DNA of 33,675 nucleotides from Cyanophora paradoxa CCMP329. Taxonomy: Eukaryota; Plantae; Glaucophyta. The first letter of the stretch is position 1. The number at the start of each line of letters is the position of its first letter. Shown piece by piece: positions 19,825-29,729 of this stretch. The position numbers and the translations under genes are program-made. The notes beneath the pieces were generated by a model that was given only the letters and a program-made list of their open reading frames with translations, ran no database searches and was not told where the DNA came from. The stretch is taken from NCBI GenBank assembly GCA_004431415.1, contig QPMI01000703.1, positions 1 to 33,675 on the forward strand, read 5' to 3'.

Positions 19825-21872
19825 TCAGGCGAAGGCGATGGAGAGGGGCTCGGCGGAGGGGGCCCCCGGGGCCTCGTCCTCTGCGCCGGGCTCAGGGCCC
19901 CCGGCGGGGCGGGACGGGGCGGGGCGGGCGGACCCTCGACGATGACGTTGCGGGGCAGCAGGAGCACCACGCGCCGCGCCGCCTGCGCCCCCGTGCGCCC
20001 CGCCCCGTCACCCGAGCCGGCCCGGCGGCGGCGCCGGGGGCGGGGACCGGGGTGGCGGCGGCGGCGGCGTCGCGGGCGTGCTGGGCCTTCATGCGGGCGA
20101 CGGCGGCGATGAGCTTGGAGCGGCGGACGGCGACGAAGCCGGCGGCGTCCAGGGCCCCGCGGGGCCGCAGCGTCAGGAAGAGCGGCTCCGCCTCCTCCCG
20201 CCCCCGCCCCACGCTCTCCTTCACCGCCTCCCCCGCCCGCCCCGTCTCCCCAGCCCCACTCCCGCCCCCGCTCCCTTGGCCCCGGCAGGGCGAGCTGGGG
20301 CACGGGCGGGGGCGGGGCGGGGCGGGGGGCCTCGGGGGGAAGAGGACGCGGGCCGGGGTGGAGAGCTCGGAGCGGGGCTCGCTGGGCGGGGCGGGGCTCG
20401 AGGGCCGCAGGAACGGCGTCCCGGGCACGCTCGGCGGCTCGAAGGGCGAGGGCGAGGGGGCCCTCCGGGCGCCAATAGGCGGGCGGGGCGTCGAGGGGCT
20501 CGGGGCCGGGGCGGGGCTGGGGCGCGCGAGGGGGCGAGGCTCGGGGGCTCGAAGTCGGGCGGCTCCTCCACGGGGCGCCCGGCGCCTCCACCCTCGGCAC
20601 CAGCTCCAAGTTGATCCCGGCGCCTGCACCCGCCCGCCGCCACCCCCCCTCCCCGCCACGCGAGCCCGTGCCGCGCGCCCGGGCGCCCGGCGGGGCGGCG
20701 GAGAGGTCGCTGCCGAGGCGCGGGAGCAGCGTGCGCGGCAGCGGCGTGCGGAAGGGGCTCGCCTCGCCCGGGGCCCCGCCTCCTGCGCCGCCGCCGCCGC
20801 CCCCTCGTGCCAGCGCTTGCTCTCGGCCCGCGGGAGATCGCGGGGCGGGGCTCCGGGGGCCGCTCCGGGGCGTGGGGACGGCGAGCAGGCCGGTCGTGGC
20901 GGGGCGGCCCCGCCGGCTCGGCGCGGCGGGGCCTGCTCGGGGAGGGCGGGGCGGGGCGGGCGGCCTCGCGGAGGCCGCCGGCGATGGCCGCCGCGGGGCG
21001 GTCTTCGAGTGGGCAGCGCCTGCGCGGCCGGCGCTGGCGTGAGGGGGCGGGGCGGGCGGGGCGGGCGGGGGGCGCACGGAGGCGGGGCGGTCGAGGCGGA
21101 AGACGAGGCGGAGCTCGCCGGTGGGGCTCCGCGAGGCCGGCACGTGCAAGGGCACCCTGAGCGCGGCGCTCGTCAGTGGCGCTGCCGCGTGGGCCAGCTC
21201 GGAGGAGCGGGGCCCACCAGCGCTCGCCGGTGCGGGCGCCGGCCTCGAGCAGCTCGTCGTACTCGAGCACGAAGCGCCCCGCCACCACCGGCCACTCCCC
21301 GCTACCCTCCTCCGAGAGCCGCAGGTGGCCGACAACCGGGTTCCCGCTCGACGCCTTGAGCACGATCTCGAAGACCTCGTTCCAGGGCGCGACGTCGATG
21401 GCGCCGCCCTCCGCCACGCTGCAGCGCACCCGCTGCGTCCGGTGCGCCGCGTAGCCGTACCCGAGGAGCACGGAGGCGGTCCAGGGCGCCCCGCGCCTCT
21501 CGGCGACGGGGGCCGGGGCGACGACGGCGCGGGCCTCGACCACCTGCACCGTCAGCCGCGTCGCCTCCTCCTCGCCCTCCTGCGGCGTCCGCGGCGTCCG
21601 CTTCGACGCGCCCCGCCCCGCGGCTGCGCCCCCGTCCGTCGCCCCAGCCGGCTTCTGGCTCGTCGACTGCGCCCCAGTCTGCGACGCTGCTGGACGCTCC
21701 TCTGCGTTCTCTGCGAGCTCCGGATCAGGCCACAGGCAATGAAGGGAGACAGATCGCAACAAACGATCGGCAGGTCGGGCTGCTTCAGTCACGCACGGTT
21801 CGCGGGAGGGACCGCGGGTCTCGCCGGCGGGGGCTGGACATGGGGGGAAGGACGCGCGGCTGCTGAGCCCAT
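19825..21872 (-). CDS. C2-domain-containing, Pro-rich protein (spliced)
   Basis: ATG 21872 (MGSAAARPSP...AN) splices in frame to QNAEERP. The C2-like region is RLTVQVVEAR...RTQRV...PWNEVFEIVL...VAGRFVLEYDEL. The likely end is IVEEDEAPGAPSAEPLSIAFA*. Confidence 0.65.
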
Positions 21873-23093
21873 CCTGTCGAGCTAGCTCTAACCAAAGACA
21901 AACGCTCGGTGCTGCCTGCCCGAACGTCGATGGCCACTAGCCTGGCACTAGGCTAGGGTTGGTACGTGTTCGCGAGCGACCGTGCTACGGTACGGAGCGA
22001 CGCGAGGCGAGCAGCCGATGAACCTGTAGATCTCGGGCTCGCGGCAGCAGCGCCGGAAGCTTGTCGTCCTGCTGCTTGCTGCCGCTTGCTCCGAAAATAG
22101 AATTATATATCTCACTCCATATATCCTATATAATTTCAATTTCATTCTTTGATTTAATCAAGAAAATCGCAGAAATTTTGTGTGATATATATATGTATAC
22201 GTACCGGCCCGGGTCCGGCCGGCACTGTTGCACGTTGGCGGCACATGCATACGTGTATATATATACCACGTTTAAATATTATTTCGCACAATTAACTTGC
22301 ACAAATGAATTTGCGACGAACCTTCCTCTGGCAAGGCCGGCGCCTACTACTAGGCTAGGCGCGCGATTCCTTCGAGAGGGCGGCCCGCGGGGGAGCGGCG
22401 AGGCAATCAGCAGGACCCTGTAGCTGCGGCGCCCGGCCGGTATCTGGCTATAGGCCTAGGCCTAGGCCCGGCGCCGGCGGCCTTCACTTGCCGCAGTGCC
22501 ATGATGCATATGGAAGCATGCCATCATGTGCGCATCGGATCCGCGGCGGAAGACCCGAGGCACACATGGCCATGGATGCATTCACATGCGGATCGGACTC
22601 GCACAAGCCACGGAGGAGGGCGCACTAACCCCCTGAGGATTTTGCAGTTGCGAGGCATGGGCAGTTGACAAAAATTACGTTATCGATTCAGCTGTGGCAG
22701 CAATCTGCGTTCGGCGAAATGAAAGCAACGAAATTACCGATATCGATCACGATCTGCCCTGCATCCTACGCGACCTAGAGCTAGATGTTCCAAGGCTACA
22801 CAGGCTTTGAGCTCGAGAGGCGGCGCCGCAGCCACGGCCAGCCACGAAAAAAAGCAATACGACCCCATGAAACGCGGCTGAACACACACAGAAAAAGCAA
22901 GAGAAAAGGGGCCAGCGACCCGGTCTGCGTCAGGGTCGGCGAGGACCGAGGGAAAAAGAGCGGTAAGAAGGGGACTTCTGAGGATCCGACTTTGTGATGG
23001 AAAAAGCGTTTAAAAAGGAGGGGGAAGTACGCCCCGTCCGGGACCGCCGGGAAGGGTGGACGAGGGGGGCGGGGCGAGGGGGCGGGGCGGGCT

Positions 23094-24652
23094 CTAGTGG
23101 TAGCGGGCGCGGAGGATCTGGCGGGAGCGCTCGACCTTCTCCTCCGCCGGCAGCTGGGCGGGGCAGCGGGGCGTCAGGCGCGGGGCGGGCGGGGCGGGGC
23201 GGGGCGGGAGGGGGCGGGAGCGCACGGCGCCGACGTCGAGGTCGCCGGCGTCGATGCTGCGGTTCGCGATCGCCCGCGCGTCGCTGAAGTACTGCTTGCC
23301 CCGCGGCGACGCCCCCTGCCCGCCCCGTCCCCGCGTTCCCACGGTCAGGGGCGCGGGGGGCACGCATAGCAAGCTTAGACACTGCTTGGATTGGATCGGA
23401 TTGGAAGGGAGGGTCTAGGGGAGGGCCGGGACGGGGCGCACGGCGGCGGGGAGGACGGGGAGGGCGACGCGCCCCAGGTCCCGGTCGGGGGGGAAGGACG
23501 AGTGGAAGGGGCCGGCAATCTGCCCCCGCGTCAGGCCAGACTCGAGCTCACGCGCGCGCGGCGGGGCGCGGCGGCGCGGGGCGGGGCGGGGCGGGCCTCG
23601 GCGGCCTTGTGGCGGGCGCGGAAGGGGGCGAGGGCGGTGGCGCGGGGGTCGGGGTGGTCGCCGTAGGGCTCGTCGAGGCTGAGGAAGGCGCCGGCGGTCG
23701 GCGCCGTCTCCATCCGCCGCACCACAAACTCCGTCGCCTGCGCCCCCGGGGCCCCGGGCCCCCGCCTCAGCCCCCCGCCCCGCCGCGCGGCGCGGGGCCC
23801 CCGCGGGTGGTGCCGGGGCGGGCCTTGCCGGTGACGCCGGGGAGCGGGCGCTGCTGGCCCCGGAGCCGGCGGAGCGGGAGCCGAGCGAGGGCGGGCCCGA
23901 CGAGGAGCCCGACGCGTTGCCCGGAACGACGGCCGCGCCTCCCCGCCCCAGCGGTCCGACGCGTTCAGCACCGTCCCCGCGATCGCCTCGTTCACCCGCT
24001 CCGTCTCCGTCCGGAAGCCGTGCCTGCACACGCCCGCCCCGCCTCGGCGCGGGGCGGCGCGGCGGGCAGCGCGGGGCCGGGGCGCGGGGCGGGGGCACCG
24101 CCAGACGGGCCCCTCCCTGCTCTTGACGCGCTCGCGGAAGGGGTACTGGGGGTCGTTGTAGGGCGGCTGCCTGAGGTACGGGGGCCCCGCGCGCTCCGCC
24201 TCCGCCACGCGGCGCTTCTCGGGCACGTAGTTGCGCACCCCGAAGTACCGCCCGCCCTTCTCCACGCCCCGCGGGTTGTAGTCGGACACCCCCACCGGCC
24301 TCTCCACCGCCTCTGCCGCCCCTCCCTCGGAGGCCGCCGGGGCGGGGGGGCCGGGCGGGACGGACCGACTTCGCCGGGCTTGTCGAGCCAGTCCTCGACG
24401 CGGCTGCGGAACCGGTCGGCGAGCTCGTCCCGCAGGAACGCCTTGTACTCCTGCCGCCGCCTGCCGGCCGGCCCGCGGCGCGCCCGCCCCGCGTCAGCCG
24501 CTCGAGGGGGCGCCCGGCGGCGGGGGCGCTCACCGCTCGCGGGCCTCGGCGGCCGCCCTCTCCTCCGCCTCCCGCTGCCTTCTCTCGTGCATCCACCTGC
24601 GGCGCGTGAGCGGCGCGGGGATCGACCACCGCGGCACGCACTTGTTGTACAT
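23094..24652 (-). CDS. Hypothetical spliced protein
   Basis: MYNK|WMHERRQREAEERAAAEARER|RQEYKAFLRDELADRFRSRVEDWLDKP, YPFRERVKSREGP, HGFRTETERVNEAI, KQYFSDARAIA, ERSRQILRARYH*. No family recognised. Confidence 0.6.
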
Positions 24653-24988
24653 CGCGCGTTACCGATTCTCTCGCACGTGCCCGAGTTTCAACGACCTCTA
24701 CGCTCAACTAGCGCCAGCGAATAGGGCAAGCCGCCCCGTCCCGGGGCTCTCGCCACGCCGTTCCGGCAGGCAGCTGGAGCTCTCGAGAGGAGGGAGCTGC
24801 CCGGAGGGTGTTGCTAACCGCTGGCACGGTGCGATTTACGAGAACCCTCCCTCTTCCCTTGACTGCTGCCCAGGCCAACAGACCAGACCTTCTAGCTTTG
24901 ACTGGCCTTGGGTGCACACGCGCGTCGCTGGGGAATCCGAAGGCTCCGACCAAGCTCGAGTGTGACAGTATCCCCCCTTCAGAAAAAA

Positions 24989-26816
24989 ATGCAGGCGTTC
25001 GTCATCCCAGCCCCGTGCGCACAGCACGTCGCCGGCCCCGCGAGCCCGGCGCCGTTCCGCATCGCCCAGCGGCCCGCAGCCTCCCGGCTGCAACCGGCGA
25101 GGAAAGCCATCTTCGGGTCCGATGTCGCGGCCGCTCGTGAGCTCCTGGCCTCCGTTCGGCCAGCGGAGTTCCAGGCAGTCCGCAGGCTGGCCGTCGAATG
25201 CAGGCACATCCTCAGCCAGCCCCTCAGACCGCGCGCCGGTGCATTATCTTTCGCTTGCACGTGCCGCAGGCCGCGAGCGCACGCGCGCGGCCGCCGTCGC
25301 TGCTTAAGCCGTGCGCGGAATCTGATGCAAACGGCCGCCACCCTCTGTGCAGCCGGAGAGGCCGCGGGCAGCGAGGCGCCGGCTGGCGAGCTGCGGCTGA
25401 ACTCCCTGAGCCCCGCCATCCCCGTCTCACTGGTCATGGCCGCGCGTGCGTCGCTCGGCGCTCTCGCGGGCGCTGCGGGAGGGGCGGCCTGAGCGCGGGG
25501 CGGGGCAGTGGACTCGATCCTGGACGTGGGCGGCTCGCCGGGCTTCAAGGGGGCGTACGACGTGCAGCTCCTGCTCCTCTTCCTCATGTCCACCGGCCTC
25601 TTCTTCTTCATCCGCGCCTCCGTCAAGGCCCGCCCCGCCCCGCCCCACCCCGCCTCGTTGCCGACGCAGCGCGGGGCCTGACGGGGCGGGGGCGCTTGCA
25701 GGACCGGACGGAGCAGGAGGTGCTGGTGACGGGGGAGAAGCCGGCGGAGGTGGGGCGGGCGGTGTCGGAGTACATGCTGCGCAAGGGCTACCGCGTCACC
25801 GACAAGGGCGAGGACGGCGTCGTCACCTTCCAGGGGCTGGTGCGGCGCCCGCCATCCCCTCCCCGCCCCCCGCCTCGGGGCTCAGGGGCGGCGCAGGTGG
25901 CGCCGTCGGCGGGCCTGGCGGTGCTCCTCTCCATCATGGCCTTCGGCGGCCTCGAGTCCCTCGGTACCCCCCGCCCCCGAGCACCCCTCCCGCCCCTGAG
26001 GCCCGCGCGCCAGCGACGGTCATCGCCACGCTCAAGCCGGAGCTCGGCCCCCTCCCCTTCGCCATCGGCATCCTCGCCCCCGTCGCCGGCAAGTTCTACT
26101 ACGAGCGGTCCGCCCCCGCCCCACGCCGCCCCACACCGCCCCCGGCCGGCCGGGCGGGACGCGACGGGCGGGGCGGGGTGCAGGGCGGAGCGGCCGGAGG
26201 ACTTCCGGCTGCAGGTGGTGCCGCCGCCGGCGCACGGGCCCGGGGCCGCCGGCTCCAGCGCCCCCCGCACCCGCGTCCTCGTCAAGGGCCACAGCCAGGC
26301 CCGCCCCGCCCCGCCCCGCCCCGCCCCGCCCCGCCCCGCGGGCCGGCGCTCAGCGGGGCGCAGGAAATTGTGGAGTTCCGCGAGGCGCTAGGCTTCCCCG
26401 AGCCCGTCCGTCCCGCCTCGCCGGCCGGCCGGGGAGCGCCGGGGCGAGCGGGGCGGGGCGGCAGGAGCCGGAGCAGGCGGGGGAGCTCTACTGCGCGAAG
26501 TGCGTGGGGACGGGCCTCATGATGTGCCCCCGCTGCCAGGGCACAGGCTACGTCTACATGGGCATGGCCCGCCGCTGCCCCGTCTGCTGGGTCCGCCGCC
26601 CCCTCCCTGCGCAGCGCGCCCCGCGGCGCGCCTGGGCGCGAGGGGCGGCGAGCGCAGGGCTCCCGCTTCCAGTACTGCGACACCTGCGAGGAAGCCGACG
26701 TCGCCCGCGCCGAGGATCTCCTCGGCAAGAAGGAGGCCCGCCCGCCCCGCCCGCCTCCGCAGCCGCCCTTGACGCCCGCGCAGCGCGCCGCCGGTATCAC
26801 ACCCAAGCGGCGATAG
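24989..26816 (+). CDS. CCB1: Plastid-targeted CCB1 (cytochrome b6f heme ci assembly, DUF3529) with a C-terminal DnaJ-type Cys-rich zinc finger
   Basis: Transit peptide MQAFVIPAP. CCB1 core: LLFLMSTGLFFFIRASVK|DRTEQ, VTFQGL|VAPSAGLAVLLS, LAPVAGKFYYER|AERPEDF, VLVKGHSQ|EIVEFREAL. Then CAKCVGTG, CPRCQGTG, CPVCW|GSR, CDTC, ending RAAGITPKRR* (26814-26816). Confidence 0.85.
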
Positions 26817-26925
26817 GCCGCGAATTTTGCGCATCACCGCCGCGTGCAAATTTCGACATGCGCATTGGATAACAAGGGCATACGAGGCGGACTACGCAGG
26901 AGCTAGAAGCGGCGGGGGAAAATTC

Positions 26926-27285
26926 TCAGAACGTGCTGGTATGGGAACCCTTCATGCGCCGCGGCTCCTCCGCGCCGCCAGGAACTGCGGGAGAAATTAA
27001 AGAACGTACACGTGTCGACGCACGCGTACGGGAGAGAGCACTTTTCTGTTCATAGGCGGGGAGGTCGCGGGGTATCTGGCTCGCGATAACGCCGGCGCCT
27101 TCGCGCCGCGGCTCCTCGAGCCCCGGCGCCGGCCGCCGCTCGAGGGATCCCGAGTCCGCTTCGGCGCCCGCCTCGATGGCGGCGGCGGGGCTCGGTGGAC
27201 GCTGCTGAAGCACTTCCTGCGCCTCCGCACCCGCGCCGCGCCTGCGCTCCTCCTCGGCCTTCACGCGCTCGATGTCGGTGTTCAT
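26926..27285 (-). CDS. Short hypothetical protein, probably one intron
   Basis: AAAAA-ATG context; MNTDIERVKAEEERRRG...IPRDLPAYEQK; putative intron ending TTTCTCCCGCAG. Confidence 0.4.
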   Translation of the reverse strand: MNTDIERVKAEEERRRGAGAEAQEVLQQRPPSPAAAIEAGAEADSGSLERRPAPGLEEPRREGAGVIASQIPRDLPAYEQKSALSRTRASTRVRSLISPAVPGGAEEPRRMKGSHTSTF

Positions 27286-27370
27286 TTTTTACTGTACTCG
27301 TCCGCGGTTCGACCCCCCAGCAATCTGGGTTGTCATCGTACCGCGTCCGGGATGCGACGATGACTCGTCG

Positions 27371-29335
27371 ATGATGCGAGGGAAGGCTGCCGCGCGCCGC
27401 TAGCGCCGACGGCTGCGGTCCGGTCACCCGCTGCGGGCGATGCAGCTCGTACTCGTCGGCGCCGGCCATGCAAACCTCCAGGTCGTGCGCGACCTGGAGC
27501 TCCCGACTCCCACAGTCCAGCGCGGCCGGCGCGCACCGGGCATTCCGCCGCCAATTCTCATCAGCGACGAGCGATGGGCGTGGTACTCGGGTGCGCTTAC
27601 AGCTAGAGAAGCCTCTTGATTGCATTGATCGCGCTGGCGGGCGCGGAATGCCGCCGCGGCTGCCGCGCACGTCGCGCGGCGCGGGCGTGTGAGCGTTACG
27701 CGCGCAGGCATGGTTCCAGGCGTCGTTGCGGGGATCTACAAGCCGGAGGAGGCGCGAGTGGACGCAGAGGCGCTCTGCAAGAGGCACGGGTGGCTTTTCC
27801 TGAGGGCGACGGCGGCGGCGGTGCTGCCTGACCTGAAGGTTGTCGAGCTTTCAGACGGGCGGCACGTGCCGTACGACGTCCTCAGCGTCAACGTCGGCTC
27901 CGCCGTGCGCGGTAGCGACGTCCCGGGCTTCGAGCACGCCATCCCCGCCCGCCCCGCGGGGCGCCTCGTCGCCGCCCTCGACGCCTTCGAGGGGCGGTGG
28001 GTGCGGGACCCCTCCTCCTCCGTCCCCTCCATCGTCGTCGTCGGCGCCGGCGCCGCCGGCGCAGAGCTCGCGTTCGCCGTCAGGGTGCCCGCGCCCCGCC
28101 CGCCGGCCCCGCCCGCCGGCCCCGCGCCGCCGCCGCCGGTGGGAGGCTCAGGCGCGGGGCGGGGCGCGCAGGCGCGCCTGGAGCGGCTCGCCTGGGGCTG
28201 GCTCCCCGAGGTGCCCGCTTTCCCGCGCCCCGCCGCGGCGCCCGACCGGTGCGAGGGGCGCGGCGCGGCGCGGCAGGTGACGCTGGTGGACGAGGCGCGG
28301 GGCCTGCCGGCACTCGGCGCGGCCGCGAGGTTAGTGCGTCGCCGCGTCAACCTCTTTGGGATCAGGCTCCTCGAGGTCCGCCCCGACCGCCCCGCCCGCC
28401 CCGGCCCGCCCCGGCGATGTGGGACGGGGCAGGGGTACCGGGCGACGGGCGTGGGCCCCTCGGGGGTGGAGCTGCGGTGCCTGGAGAGCGAGGAGGCGAT
28501 CGCCCTGCGCGCCGACGCCGTCATCTGGGCCACCGGGCCCGCCCCGCCCCCGCTCGTCGCCAACTCCGCCAACAGCCTCGAGCGCGACCCCGCCGGCTTC
28601 ATCGCGGTGGGCCCCGGCCTCGAGCCCGAGCGCGCGCTCGAGCTTCGGCCGACGCGCGGCGCCGGGCGGGGCGGGGCGGGGCGCAGGTGGGGGCGACGCT
28701 GGAGAGCTTGTCGGCGGCGGGGGTCTTCGCGGCGGGCGACTGCGCGGGGATCGTGGAGGAGGAGGGCGGGCCGGCGCCCAAGGCGGGGGTCTCGGCGGTG
28801 CGCGCGGGGCCCGTCCTCGTCCGCAACATCGCGCGCCTGCTCGCCGAGCCGCCCGGCGCGCCCCCGCCGCCCCTCCCCGCCCGCCTCAAGCCCCGCGCCC
28901 CATTCCTCCGCATCATCAGCACCGCCGACGGCAGCGCCATCGGTGCCCCGCCCGCCCCCGCCCGCCCCGATCGCTGGCGCTGGCGCTGGCGGGGCTGAGG
29001 CGGGGTGCGGGCGGCAGCGACGAAGTGCGGGGTGGCGGTGGAGGGGCGTGGGCGTGGGGTGGAAGGACCGCATCGACCGGGCGTGGATGGCCGGCTTCGC
29101 GGGCCCCGAGCGCCCCTTGCCGCCCCGCCCGCCACCCCCTCCACCACCCCGCCGGGCCCCGAGCCCCTCCCCCCCGCCCTCCGCGGCCGCGACCGCGACC
29201 GCTGAGCCGGCCCGCCGCGGCCCCTCGGTCTCCCCTCATCAGGAGTCCGTGCACCCTGTGGGAGAGCCCGTGTACTTGTACCTGTACATTAGTGAGAGCC
29301 TGCGTGCACTTAACTTGTCCGGGTCATGTGCATGA
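27371..29335 (+). CDS. FAD-dependent pyridine nucleotide-disulfide oxidoreductase (Ndh-like, similar to the N-terminal domain of SelD fusion proteins)
   Basis: MMRGK|LVLVGAGHANLQV, WYS|GMVPGVVAGIY, YDVLSVNVGS, IVVVGAGAAGAELAFA, ADAVIWATG, VFAAGDCA, PKAGVSAVRAGPVLVRNI, WKDRIDRAWMAGF. An alternative start is at 27440, and the 3' end is uncertain (29205-29335). Confidence 0.85.
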
Positions 29336-29729
29336 TCCTCTGCGTTTGTCGCCCTCCGAAGTTCACCGCGTGAGCGTCGGAGGAGTGTCGGGCCGTGTGA
29401 AGCGTCGGAGGATCGCCATGGCCAGTGCAGGCCAAGCCTACAAGGGTGGCCCCGCGGCCGGGCCCTGCCAGGGGACTGGGGAGGAGCTTTCCTCAAATCC
29501 GGGAGTCCGATATCGATCATGAACTGACTCAGTGACTCCGTGCGAGCCGTTAAACTTTTGAAACTCCATGTTGTAGATCTAGAGTCTCGTGATCGTAGCC
29601 TCGTTCCTATTCAATTCTTCGAATTCGGCTTCCCCAATTCCGAATTCGAATCCGTTCCCCAACACCGTGGCCCATCACGTCTCACGATCATCGGATCAAA
29701 TGCATTCCGAGACCTTGAACCTGTAAGGC

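Noticed and set aside
27371-29335. Annotation as selenophosphate synthetase (selD)
   Set aside because: The kinase domain is absent; only the oxidoreductase domain is present.
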